A DNA stretch of 63,432 bases, filler included, from Reticulomyxa filosa (lineage: Eukaryota; Protista; Foraminifera): the NCBI GenBank assembly GCA_000512085.1. It is 20 parts of 20 records of this genome, joined end to end, with 100 filler letters (N's around TTAATTAATTAA, not from the genome) between each part and the next. Parts side by side here need not be neighbours in the genome. Positions count along the whole stretch, not along the records: positions 1 to 3,516 come from ASPP01023450.1; positions 3,617 to 7,490 come from ASPP01006034.1; positions 7,591 to 10,499 come from ASPP01019564.1; positions 10,600 to 11,694 come from ASPP01023086.1; positions 11,795 to 13,509 come from ASPP01001765.1; 15 more parts are not named here. One strand, written 5' to 3'. A model generated the notes under the pieces. It saw only the letters and a program-made list of their open reading frames with translations, searched no databases and was not told the origin of the DNA. Shown one piece after another: positions 1-12,129 of this stretch. Every line of letters begins with the position of its first letter. The stretch's first letter is position 1. Both the position numbers and the translations under genes were made by a program.

Positions 1-1
1 A

Positions 2-385
2 AATGAATTATTGAATACAATATTATCTGGATCAGATGATTTTACTGTTCGTTTGTGGGATATTCGATCTGGTCAACAAATTCAAGTGTTCAATGGACAT
101 TCAAATGCTGTGATGTGTGTTGAATATTCACCATTTGTAATAAAGAATAGTATTGATAATTCAAATGTGATATGTTCTGGATCATGTGATAATACAATTC
201 GTTTTTGGGATGTTCGATTAAATCAGAATGAATTATATATGATCAAAGGATGTGATAAAAAAGATTGGGGAATAACTTGTCTTAAATTTATTGCATTGAA
301 AAAGAAAGGGAATACAAAGAATGCTACATATGATTTGAATTTGTGTTATGGTTCATGCGGTGGTCCCATTTATATTTGGGGATAA
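2..385 (+). CDS. WD40-repeat protein, C-terminal part (5' truncated)
   Basis: Repeats SGSDDFTVRLWD, NGH...SGSCDNTIRFWD; ends GPIYIWG-stop; closely similar to 61445-62178. Confidence 0.9.
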   Translation, partial: NELLNTILSGSDDFTVRLWDIRSGQQIQVFNGHSNAVMCVEYSPFVIKNSIDNSNVICSGSCDNTIRFWDVRLNQNELYMIKGCDKKDWGITCLKFIALKKKGNTKNATYDLNLCYGSCGGPIYIWG

Positions 386-2104
386 TTTAATTTTTTGTCA
401 AATAAGAAATGAAAGTGTTTTGTTTGAAAGGTTTTATTAAAAGAAAAGTAAGTTGATATTAAACTTATTTGGTTTGACTGAATGCAAGCATTAAAAGATG
501 GATTTTATCTTATTTTGTTGCTTAAAAAAATTGAAATACTGCGTTCAATGTTGTTTAAGGAATTGAAAATCACAAAAAATAGAATGGTATCTAAGTATTA
601 AAATAATTTCAAGATATTTCAAGTATCGTGTTTTTTGTATAGCATCGAACAAGATTGTTTTTGTAGTAATTCATGATATATGTCTCTCTGATTTGAAGAA
701 CACGAAATATTAAAATATTATTGTTCTTAAATTTTTTTAAAGAATACAACAACAGATATAAAAAAAAGAAAGGTTTCTTAGTTTGAAAGACAGACAGCAA
801 AGTAAGGACAGTTCTTTTGATCAATAAGTGTACTTTGAAATGAATTATATTGATCTTTTACAAGAATTTTACTCAAATTAATTGTGTGTCATTGCAGATA
901 ATGCATCAGAAAGATAAGAATCGATATTCATTGAAGCTACAATAATCTTGTTATTTTTTATGATATTTCTTTTCTTCTTCTTGTTCATTTTCTCTTTTTA
1001 TTTCATTGACTCTCTTGAAACATACCAAACACAAAAAATTTTAGAATAAAAAACTAGTGGTGAGCATCGTTAAAGACTCCAATCATTGTATAATGCAAAG
1101 AAACGAAAAGATATTCACTTTACCTTTTTTTAAGATATGTTTTAACCAAATCAAAAATGTTTATATACAATGGCATTTAGTATTTGTTTAATGCATTTTT
1201 TTTTCATATGGTTTTTGATTAGTTTTATTCTAGCTAAGTTTTTTGTTAAAAGAAAATACTTTTGCCAACTAAAAAAAAGAATAAATCAACAAAAGAAATC
1301 CTTGTACTATATTCAATTTATTCATATATTTCATGATTGCTTTGTTAACGCAAATATAAAAGATTTAGTTTACCATTTGATTGATATTTCTTTTTCAAAA
1401 TCCTATTCTAGATCATATAATGCACATTATTCCTTTGTCAATGCGATTTTAATGAATATTTTTATTTAAAAAATACTTGATTGAAAACACAAAAATACAG
1501 AAAAGGGAAGATAATAATAACAATCGAAAATACGTAAAGGAGGTTTTCATTGTCTAAATTTACTTTCAATATTTCCTAAAAATCTCATGCATACATATAC
1601 ATCCAAAGCGGTTTTATTTGTTTTGGTTTAATTTATCGCCTCTTTTTTTTGTGTTAACCTATAATGATATTATCCAAAATGACAATGTTGTCAGAACTAA
1701 GTGTTTACTTGCACTTGTGGACCCAAAAAATTGTTCGAAAGTTCTTTCATTTGCTGCTGTCGTATTTTCAAAAACATGACTCACTATTGCATGTGATATT
1801 TCACTTTATTCTTAATGACAATTGTTTGATCCATTTGGAATATCTTTATGTTATTTTCAATATTTTGTAAATTTGTCATTGAAAATTTATTGTCCTTTAT
1901 TAAGTCATTTTTATTTAAGTCATTGAATAATGAGTGGACAAGTATGTTTTAAATATTTGCCTCCTTACAAAAAACAATCTTGAGTTTGTTGTTTTTATGA
2001 GTACATTTTGTTTTTTTAAAAAGTTACACTACGTTTCTTTTAAAAAAGTTAAACACCACTTTAAAAAAGTCAACAACATTAACAACACGTGTAATCGAAA
2101 TAAA

Positions 2105-2173
2105 ACTCACTTTCAAATTTTGAAGGAGTTACCCAATCCACTTTATGGATCTTAATATGTGTTACATAAACAC
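2105..2173 (+). pseudogene. Short remnant of a Kelch-like propeller gene start
   Basis: Reads THFQILKELPNPLYGS*YVLHKH. Resembles from memory the FQxLKELPxPLxxSQCVLHKH start of an expanded Reticulomyxa family; the stop sits at the Gln position. Confidence 0.4.
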
Positions 2174-3389
2174 TATTAAATTTACTATTATAATTCCAAT
2201 ATCAAATCAACATATTCTTTTTCAAATACTTCTATATCATGCATTTTAACTTAATCTTTAATTTCTTCACTTAGCAAATAGATTCTCTAAATTTGTACTA
2301 AAATGTACTTTAGATCTAACAATAACATGAACGCTTGTATTATCATCACTTTTACTTTCATCGGATATATATAAGTATTATTTATATTTTATTATTCGTG
2401 TTATTCCTTCATCTAAATAAAAAATGAAATAATAAAATTGTTATTTGTTATTTGTATGAGTTCCAACAATTATTCATTATTTTCCCACACTTTTATATTT
2501 CATTTAAAATGTATATTTATATGTAAATACTTGTTTATTTAATTCTTTTATATTACAAAGGACATCAAAATTTTTTTCATTCGACACATTGCTACTTGAG
2601 GCAACACTATCACCATTGTTATCTTCTCAGTTTTTACTTGGCTTTGAACTGACTCTGTTGATCTTGTATTCTTTCACTTTGCGCTGCACTTTTATTGCTT
2701 TTTTTTCAAATAATATCTCTTTTTGTCTTTATTGTTGAAAATTGTAGCTTACTATAATTTTTTTTGTTGTGGGTAGTGTATTTTAAGTATTTAAAAAATT
2801 TTTGCATATTTGGGTTTGAATACAATACCTTTTGCAATTTGCGTAATGTATTTCATAATTTACTGCGGTAAATCGTTGTTTTTGGTGGCGTAATACTAAC
2901 ATCAAATATACTAAAATTAAATTGATATCAACATATTTTCAGAATAAAGTTCAAAGTATTTGCTTACTATTGAATTTATTACGTAGAACTATGCTTACAA
3001 TGTAATATAATTTGTAATATACATGATATATTCAAATTATTTTACTATTTATATCAAACATCTTTTCCTTTTACATCATCTACTTCAATCCTAAAAAAAT
3101 GCTAAAAGAATAAAACTGCTTGCTTTTAGATTATTACTATTTGTAATTGTGGTTAGTGTTTAAAAAATATTAAATATTTTTTTAATTGATACACATTTCT
3201 TACTTCTCAAAAGTATAAAATACCCAAATTCAGTTTTAGAGCGCATATCTTATAAAAGCGTACAAAAATATTATAAACCTTTTTTTTCTTAAATGACAAA
3301 AATTTCAAAAATAAATTAAACAACAATCAAAAGTATAAATTGAATAAATTAAAAAATAAAAATCAAAATAAAATTTCATTCGCACATAT

Positions 3390-3515
3390 TCATCCACAAA
3401 CACGAATTAGACCTCCATATGAGCCATAATAAAAATGAACACCACAATCATTTACTTTCCTTTTCAATGATACAAATTTAAGACAAGTTATTCCAAAATC
3501 TTTGTGATCTCCTTG
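3390..3515 (-). CDS. WD40-repeat protein, last 41 aa (5' truncated), convergent with 2-385
   Basis: Manual translation QGDHKDFGITCLKFVSLKRKVNDCGVHFYYGSYGGLIRVCG* matches the C-terminus of the other WD40 paralogs; not in the ORF track. Confidence 0.8.
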   Translation of the reverse strand, partial: QGDHKDFGITCLKFVSLKRKVNDCGVHFYYGSYGGLIRVCG

Positions 3516-3516
3516 G

Positions 3517-3616
3517 NNNNNNNNNNNNNNNNNNNNNNNNNNNNNNNNNNNNNNNNNNNNTTAATTAATTAANNNNNNNNNNNNNNNNNNNNNNNNNNNN
3601 NNNNNNNNNNNNNNNN
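3517..3616. other. Artificial contig spacer (first of 19)
   Basis: 44 N + TTAATTAATTAA + 44 N. The same spacer starts at 7491, 10500, 11695, 13510, 15148, 19293, 21108, 23510, 31223, 33020, 36033, 38283, 39383, 40595, 53532, 56413, 60400 and 62179. Confidence 0.99.
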
Positions 3617-4279
3617 ATATCATATATATTTATATGTGTATATGTGATATTTATACATACTTATGTGGACAACGTCATTGGTATGAATTTCCAAACAGAT
3701 CACTTTTGATAGTACTTTAGTGTCGGAGTTGATGGAATGTACGATGGCGACAGTGATGCCATTGATTTGCTGACTTTTTAACTCTTCGATTTTATGGGTG
3801 AGGATCGGAATCAATGAAGATGGAATTGCCATCTCATTGAAATCAGAACTAGTCAGCTCGTTCAATAACTTATTCCCGGTTATCCCCCCATTCCAAAATG
3901 CTGGCGCACATTCGCCCAAATGGTTCTGCACTAACCAAAATATCACTTGGTCTACTCCCCATTGATATGCCACTTTCTGAACTCATCCGATTTTATTTAT
4001 GTGCAATTTTTTTTTTTTTTTTTGTTCTTCTCCCTTTCATGGAGAGTTTGAAACTCCTCTCTCTCTCTCTCTCCCTTTTTTTTTTTAAAACTGTTTGAAA
4101 GGACTGCGGATCTTTTCCAAATGTGTTGTGCACTCGTTGTAAAATCGTCTGTGCACGTTTTTTATTTTTGTTGGAGAAACAAACCTAACATATGAACAAA
4201 GAAAATAGAGAGTTCCGACTTCAGGTAATGCTCCATCCTTATTATCATCTTCAATTGCAAATCTTACTCTTCTGCTCAT
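3617..4279 (-). CDS. SAM-domain protein, N-terminal exons (3' truncated)
   Basis: WGVDQVIFWL...LGECAPAFWNGGITGNKLLNELTSSDFNEMAI...KIEELK fits the SAM consensus. Probable start MSRRVRF at 4279 with two short GT-AG introns. Confidence 0.75.
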
Positions 4280-4652
4280 TCTTTTCTATATTGGAACGAG
4301 TTCAATTATTATTTTCCACTCCTCTGCCTCTTTTACTGACGATAAGCTGTCCTATCTTCTCGACCTTACAGAATAAGCAAATACAAATGAAAGTTTAACC
4401 TTAATTCAATTTTTTATTTCTATGCCTACTTTTTATGAAAGAATTTTCCAATGAAATTATTGTAAGCAAAAAAGGTTAAGCATAGCAAACAACAAAAAAT
4501 TAAAAGTACAAAATTGAAAAGCAAATCTAAAAGCTTCAAAAAAGAATGCAATAAAACGACTGCTAGTTCTGGAAAGAAACAAGAAGGTGTAGACCAAGTC
4601 TTTTTTAACTCTTTTCAGAATAGAGTTTGTATACATTGCATTTGTATCTGGA

Positions 4653-6214
4653 ATGGATACTGGACGAGAAGTGATAACAATAGAAATTGGTCAAGCTGGC
4701 ATTCAGCTAGGTAACTGTGTGTGGGAACAATATTGTGCCGAGCATGGTATCGACAACAGCGGCAAACGTAAGGCCACAGAGTCCAAAGAAAATATTGGCG
4801 TTTTTTTTGAAGAAAAGAGTAATGGTCAATGTGTGCCAAGAAACCTGGCAGTTGAATTTTTTAAAATTTTTTTTCAAAAAAAAAAAATTAAAAAATAGAG
4901 TCTAAAAAAAAAAAGATTGATTCGGAGCCAGAAATAATAGATGGTGTGCGAAACGGAGCATGGAGGGACATGTTTGCCTCCGAGTTTCTGTTCTGTGGAA
5001 AAGAAGATTCTGGAAACAACTTTGCTCGAGGTTATAACTCAACAGGACGACTAATGATCGAACAAGTGAGTGACGGTATACGTAAACAAGTGGACAAATG
5101 TGAAAATCTGGATGGATTTGTGATCCCACATAGCGTAGCAGGAGGGACTGGCTCTGGTATTGGTGCCTTGCTATTGGAACAACTAGCTCGGGATTATAAG
5201 AAAAAAATAAAAGTAGGCCTTGACATCTATCCCTCCGCTCACTTATCCACATGTGTAATGGAGGCTTACAATACAATGTTGGCCACTAGTGGTTTGATAG
5301 AAAACACGGACATATCATTGGTATTGGACAACGAGGCTATCTATAAAGTGTGCAAGACACATCTTGGCATCCCATCACCAAAGGAAAGCAACTTGAACCG
5401 GTTAATTGCAAAAGTGACGTCTTCATTTACCTCTTTCTTGCGCTTTGCGAATAATTCAGAGGTAAGCTTGCAAGATATGCACACATATTTGGTCCCGTTC
5501 CCGAGGCTCCACTTCATAGCTACTGGAATGGCTCCTATTCTCTCCTTAACAAAAAAAGAGAGTGTAATAGTGGAGGAGGTCACTACTACAAGTGGCTCTG
5601 GTTTTCGTGCAGCTGCTACTCTTCCAAATCATAACGAGGAAAATAAAAGTAATGAAAATAATAATAATAATAATAATAATAATGGCAATGACGTGTTACA
5701 AATTACGGAGGAGTGTATCAATCCTCGCCAATGGTTTGTGGAGTACAAACAATTTGATCCAATCAAAGATATATATATGTCCATATACCTCAACTATCGT
5801 GGTGAAGTGAAATCAAAGGAAGCCAATAGTGCCATTATGTCCATTAAAGAACATAAAAAAGCAACGTTGGTTGGATGGAGTCCTGCATGTTTCAAAATCG
5901 GTTTGTGCAACGTCCCTGCAGCAACGCTCCCAGACGACGACGTTGCACCTGCCTCCAAAACTGTGACCATGATTGCCAATAATGCCGGTATGCACCGAAT
6001 GCTTGTCAAAAGAATTTGTCTCCCCTTTGACCTCATGTATAGTTTACGTTCTTTCGTTCATTGGTACGTCTACGAAGCTTTGGAAGAAAGTGAACTTTTC
6101 TCTGCTCGAGAAAATATGGGATTTTTAGAAAGAGATTACTCCGACGTCGTTACGGAGTACCCATTTGATGACGACAATGATGAGCTAGAAGAGTTTAATC
6201 ATAACTATTTTTAA
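4653..6214 (+). CDS. Highly divergent alpha-tubulin-like protein; exons 4653-4850 and 4916-6214
   Basis: REVITIEIGQAGIQLGN, EHGI, GKEDSGNNFARG, HSVAGGTGSG, DNEAIY, NLNRLIA, LVPFPRLHF, FVHWYV, FSAREN are alpha-type motifs. The 65-nt GT-AG intron at 4851-4915 restores PRNLA/IDSEP. Confidence 0.9.
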
Positions 6215-6863
6215 CATAAACAACCTGGTGTAATCATTTTTCTCAAACATTTTTGGACTACTGGTGTCTGTTTAAACATTTATGAATTTTTTTTTTTGGG
6301 AAAACCCTCTAAAATTTGTTTCTTCTTTTCACAAAATATGTTTCATAACGAACATGAAAAACGAGAAGTTGCTACCAGAATTTAATTTAAGTCAGTTCTT
6401 GGTAGTTTTGAGTTTTATATACTAAAGAAATGAAATTTATGTGTTAAAATATGTGTTTCAAGTGTTTTTTAATTTAGTTATAGTTAATTCCAAGCTATGA
6501 CACTTAAAATTATTCTAAGTTTAGACTTCTTATCATACCCTTTGGAACTTATGCAATAAAATTAAAACTGAACCACACACAACTAAATCTTTGCACAAAA
6601 AAAAAAATAAAAAGAATTTAAAAAAGTTTATTTTTCCTATTGTTATCAATGTTTTTTCTTTCGCGTTATAGAAAGAAGCATAGAGTTGTTAAATCTAGTA
6701 TATCTTATTCACTGTTAGATTGTTGTTATCATTCCCTTTTCTTTGTCATTCACTAAGTTGGACGGAAATGTTTGCTAACAAAAAAAGTCTTCTTTTGGAA
6801 TGGGACCTGCTTTTTCATGATATGAAACATGTCACAAAAAAGAAACTGGAGTAAATGATAGAT

Positions 6864-7423
6864 CTATTTCCATAATTGGCATTTAGATTTTGGGTTCATG
6901 GCTGTTTTTGCTTTGCAGTGATACGCTTCAGCAAAATGGGGGCTGTTTTGAACGACCCCCCAAACTCTGGCCATACTTGGCGCATGAACATCTGACCAAT
7001 CAGTATAGTATCCACTGACAGTGACTTCGCACCTTTTAAATTAAAAAATATGTGTATAAATTTGCATGCATTCCCTTCTCACAATTCAAAAAAAAAAAAG
7101 GCAAAAAAAAAAACATGGTCATACCAAGACCGAGCCCATCCAATAAAAAACATTTGTTCTGAAGTCAAGTTGACTCCAGGTAATATCGACTCATTGCTAC
7201 CTTTACGCCACGTTTGCCAAGCCAGCCAACTTGCGGCATTACCACTGTTGTCTGCAACATTTTCAGTTAGAGTGCGAGTCCCATTAGCAAAGACTCCAGT
7301 ATCCACTTGCATCTTATCGTATTGCTTGATCAAGCACTGCACTCTGTGGTCATACTTTGCCTTTGTCTCTGTTGTCCATATGCTTTCAGACACTTCATTT
7401 CCATCTCCATCGAACATGATCCC
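6864..7423 (-). CDS. Peptidase M13 (neprilysin/ECE-like), C-terminal exons 7423-7125 and 7032-6864
   Basis: FDGDGN, NGTRTLTENVADNSG (ENxADxGG-like), EQMFFIGWARSWC, DVHAPSMARV, FAEAYHC...MNPKSKCQLW*. The HExxH exon is outside the contig. Confidence 0.9.
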
Positions 7424-7659
7424 CTACACAAGCAAAGGAAATCGAGCGAAAGTTCAAAAAGTGAGAGCAAGAGGAGGAGAGTAGAGGGGGNNNNNNNNNN
7501 NNNNNNNNNNNNNNNNNNNNNNNNNNNNNNNNNNTTAATTAATTAANNNNNNNNNNNNNNNNNNNNNNNNNNNNNNNNNNNNNNNNNNNNTTGTACATAA
7601 TATAAATAATGTAGGTGATAATTGCTGAGTAAGCCGTGCTTGATACAAAACAGCATCGT

Positions 7660-8066
7660 CTCCTGGATCGAATCAACACATGTGCTGATAGCATCCCAGT
7701 TCATATCCAAGTCATTGGCGACAGTTTGAGCGTATTGAAGTGGGATTACAATAAGTAGCTTCATTATAGCAACATTCAGTTTAATTTCTAAGTTCATAAT
7801 GAATGGAATAAATAGAATATATGCCACTGCTCGAAATCGATCACACATGATTCGATTCGTTGGTCCAAGCGTTCGTTTGTCCGTGCTGACATGTGTACAT
7901 ATAAACCCCTTCATTCGATTCTTTGTACTGCTCAAAACCGTAGGGAACCATTTCTATGCTGACAATGTCCAGAAATCCTGGAGTGTTGTACACGGGGGCA
8001 AATGATTATACAATAAAGTTTTGTGAACCAGGGCTTACACGGTTGAACAGTGTTACACTCAATTTT
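7660..8066 (-). pseudogene. GILT/IFI30-like thiol reductase pseudogene
   Basis: Across three frames: KLSVTLF..SPGSQNFIV*SFAPVY..LDIVSIEMVPYG, TCQHG, QRIESCVID, PFIMNLE, WDAISTCVDS; one in-frame stop plus frameshifts. Confidence 0.65.
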
Positions 8067-8708
8067 CTGTTTCATTTTTACTTCACAAAAAAAAAAAAAG
8101 CTTTTTTGTTACAATTTTTTTATTTTTTAAAAAGAAGTGAAGTCAGAAGTTGAAAGCAAAAAAAGAGAACAAGCGACGGTAAAAATGAACACGTACAGTG
8201 TAGCAACATTTGAAACTTTGGCTTATAGCCATTAATATAGCTTCAATTAAAATAATATAATGTATATAATCTAACTGCCGTTACATCATTGGTTATGTTC
8301 TTCAATGTATAATAATAACACACTAACTATATGCTGTCAGATATTTCATGTGCAAGCAACTAATTGATAAAATATTATGCTTAATGCTATATATGTACAC
8401 CGAAATTTTGTACATGCTTTTTTTTTTCTTTAAAAAAGTGCTATATGAAAGTTTATATTACCGATGTAAAGTAAATGCAAATCAATGTGTGTTAATTGTT
8501 TTTTTGTTATGAAAAAGTAATTGCAATATGACGAAGTAGTTAATTATTGTCGATCATCTCTCGAGAATTTGTCATATATTACAAGAACAAAGAAAAAGTG
8601 ATTGCCTGCTGCAAGAGTGCTACAAAAGCAGTATTGAAACATAATACACAAAACAAATCAAAGCAAATACATTTGCACATCTTAGAAACGCGTCAAAAGA
8701 ATGTAACA

Positions 8709-9983
8709 TCAGAGCTCTTCTTTTTTTGATATCAATCCTCCAAACAGCGAGCAATATTGCTTTTGCCGCCTGCAATATTGTGTATTGTATGTTGTGGAAG
8801 AAAAAGAGATTATTGCAAATCGGAAAGTGTATGGTAAAAGAAAAAGATTAACTTGTGCAATAGAGTGGGGAGGAGTGTGGAATATCTTCACATCATCAAC
8901 AATAGCTCTAAAGATATCTTGACACCGCATTTCAGCTAATCTACAAACAAGCATTTTTTCAGTTTCCTCAACCGATTTCTGCATATCTAAATCTGAACAT
9001 AATTTTCTTCCAACGAACAGAGCAACCAAGGCCAAGTTTTCGATTTTGGCCTTAAGAGGGGGATGAGATTTTTTCTGATCATTTGCAGTGGCATCACCAT
9101 CATCATCTCTGTCTTGTCGTTCCTGCAGTTGTTCTTCCTGTTGCTGTTCAAAGGCAACGGCATTTCGCAAAAGATTAATAAAATGCATGGTTTTTTTGAC
9201 CTTCAAATCCAAGGTTTTCGACGATTGGCTATCGATGGTATGAAGAATGTTCCCAACTCCATAAAAATTGGACAGTTCATTGCGCATATTGGCCTCAACT
9301 GAAGCGGTAACATTTGCAGGAGAATTGGGATTGATGCTGGAGGCATGGATTTGGCGGTGGAATAAATCCACATCAATGGCTGTTTGACAGAAAGACTGAA
9401 CAAACACGCTAAAAAATGCTTTCAATTTGGGATCGCTCATTACTATTTCCAAATCGATCATTTCACCCAAACGACGAGTATACAACTCAACATCCACAAC
9501 TCTCAATTGAGATTGAAGTGAAGACAATTGTCGTTGAATTTTGAGTGTGTGATGTCGCCTTTCTTTGTCAATTTCAGTAGCATTGGCCTCTCAACACACA
9601 AACACACTTGTACATATGGTAAAATAAGTGATAAGTGCAAACAGAACAAGTATTTTGTTGTTGTTGTTGTTGTTGTTGTTGGATAGCAGCACATACCACA
9701 GAGACTCTGTGTTGTCCCAATGACAACAAATCGGCGATTTCAATGTGTTTGTGTAGGTCGTAGATTTGGGCAAAAGTGTTTTGTCGAACATTGGTCATTT
9801 CATGTCGAATGCGAAGCAAATCTGATTCCATATTTTCAATTGATATTTCAAACTCTTTCACAATCAATTGTTGGTGTTCCGTCACACTTTTCAACAATTT
9901 CAAAAATGATGCCAATTCCTTTGAAAACTCGGCATTGCGTTCCAATTCTTCTTTCACTTGTTTGGATTCTTCTTGGTTTTCAA

Positions 9984-10023
<40 letters not shown>

Positions 10024-10466
10024 AAAAAAAAAAAGCACATACATATACATATAATAATAATAATAAATAAATAAATAAATAAACAAAAATGAAGTACAAT
10101 ACATATATTACCCATTATGAATTTTTGCTTCCAAAAACTTGGAATGAGATTGGGACATAACAACGGTGTAATCTAATTTTGCGAGAGCCCAATGGCGATG
10201 TGAATGCTCGGCAAGTCTGGTGCGTTCGGCCCGATGTTTGGACGCCTTTGTTCTTTGCAGTCGATCCAGTATGCCTTCTTCGGCCCGACGTAACCTCCCC
10301 AACTTGTGGTTGTGCTCATTTTCCAACCGATACAAGCGCGTCTCCACCTGTCGCAAGATTAGCGCTTTTTTGGCGAGCATGTCCAGTCGCTTCGATACCT
10401 CCAGTAACTGCAATTGTAATTGCCGAGATTTGTGTTGAGCTTCAAATTCATCTCGTCCATCTATTG
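8709..10466 (-). CDS. Multi-exon coiled-coil hypothetical protein (partial)
   Basis: Co-oriented E/K/Q/L-rich ORFs 10108-10413, 9574-10104 and 8709-9527 separated by AT-rich intron-like stretches; no family recognised. Confidence 0.55.
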
Positions 10467-10499
<33 letters not shown>

Positions 10500-10599
10500 N
10501 NNNNNNNNNNNNNNNNNNNNNNNNNNNNNNNNNNNNNNNNNNNTTAATTAATTAANNNNNNNNNNNNNNNNNNNNNNNNNNNNNNNNNNNNNNNNNNNN

Positions 10600-11190
10600 T
10601 TTTTCTGTCATGTGCCACTTTCTCCATTGATCATCAACATGATCATTTTGCCAACTCCAATGAATTTTATCTCGCTCCATTTTGCCATGAATCATTTTCA
10701 CTTTGTCGTCGACTTCGCAAGCTTGAACGAACTGGAAGTGGTACTGGACTCCGTCGTACTGACCCAAGCACAAGCAGCAAAACTCGCTCAAAGCGTCGGA
10801 TCAGTCTTGTTAATGTGAATGGCCATGAATTCTTTAATGGTCTGCGCTCGTCCAACCCAATGGCAATTTGATATTTGGAATCGATTTTTCCTCGGAGACA
10901 AATTGTTCCAATTGAGCAGTATCTTGTTCGGACATAGTCTCCTATTGAAAGCATCTGGGCCAATAGTCGGTGGGCAGAATTCGATGGTATTTCTCCATAA
11001 ACAATATGGTTACATTTTCTTCATTTACTATCAAGCGTTTCTTTTCTTTTTGTTATATAGCTCCACATCCAATCGCTGTTTTTCTCGCAAGTACTCGATC
11101 GTCTTTACCACTCGTCATCCTTGCAAGCGCTCAATTTCGTATAGCTGCACTTTTATGTGTGGATCACTGCATTTGATATTGCCTTTCCTT
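10600..11190 (-). pseudogene. Possible degenerate tandem CAP-Gly gene
   Basis: LSIGDYVRTRYCSIGTIC...IAIGLDE and VDDKVKMIHGK resemble the unit starts of the CAP-Gly gene at 38383-39382; reading frames are broken. Confidence 0.35.
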
Positions 11191-12129
11191 GTGCAAAATC
11201 AAATAACGAGTTTCGAAATATCTTTAATCTTTGCATTTACATCCAACAAATCTATTATTGACCACAAAAACAAATTAATTATAAATAATAATAAGTATAC
11301 ATATAAACATATAATATTTATTATTACAAGCAGATAAACACAAAACCAAATAACAATAGTTTCATCATTGCCAGTCGATCGGTGATTCAAATGAAACGAA
11401 AGTTGGCCGATCAGCAAATCAATCATTTGATATAAACACGCGCCAGACATCGACTTTGATGATTTTTTTTGGAGCTGCATTCTTTTTTGTTTCGATTTAG
11501 GCTCCTCCATTTTTTATTTGCTTTGTCGACCGGAGCAAAAAAAAAAAAATATAAAACATTACTAATGTCGTCTCATTATCGAGAACGACGAAATATTATT
11601 CTTTAAATGCTGCTCTAATGCGCACTTCAATATTTTTTTTTATCTTATTTTCTTTTTTTTTTCCTTTTTTTTATTTTATTTTTTTCTTTTTTACNNNNNN
11701 NNNNNNNNNNNNNNNNNNNNNNNNNNNNNNNNNNNNNNTTAATTAATTAANNNNNNNNNNNNNNNNNNNNNNNNNNNNNNNNNNNNNNNNNNNNAAACGT
11801 TTCTATTTGATTTTCCAACTTTTTTTCTTCGCCTTCAACATTCAAATGCAACATTAGCTTTTTTTAACGCAATTGTAGTTTTTTTTTTTGAAAAGTACTC
11901 CAATTCAGTTTAAAAGGGGTTAAACCGAGTTCAGCAATGTGACTTGTTGATATAAGAAGATATGCCATTATTTTTCAAATACAAAAGTTGAGTACAGAAT
12001 GTTTGAAACTTCATTTGTATCCAGTTTTACAAGTAAATTCATTTTAGGTATTTTATTTTAATTTTCCAAATACTGAGTCATTTAAGTCATCTCTGTAAGG
12101 CTTTCTTTTTTATTTTACTGTGTTTAATA

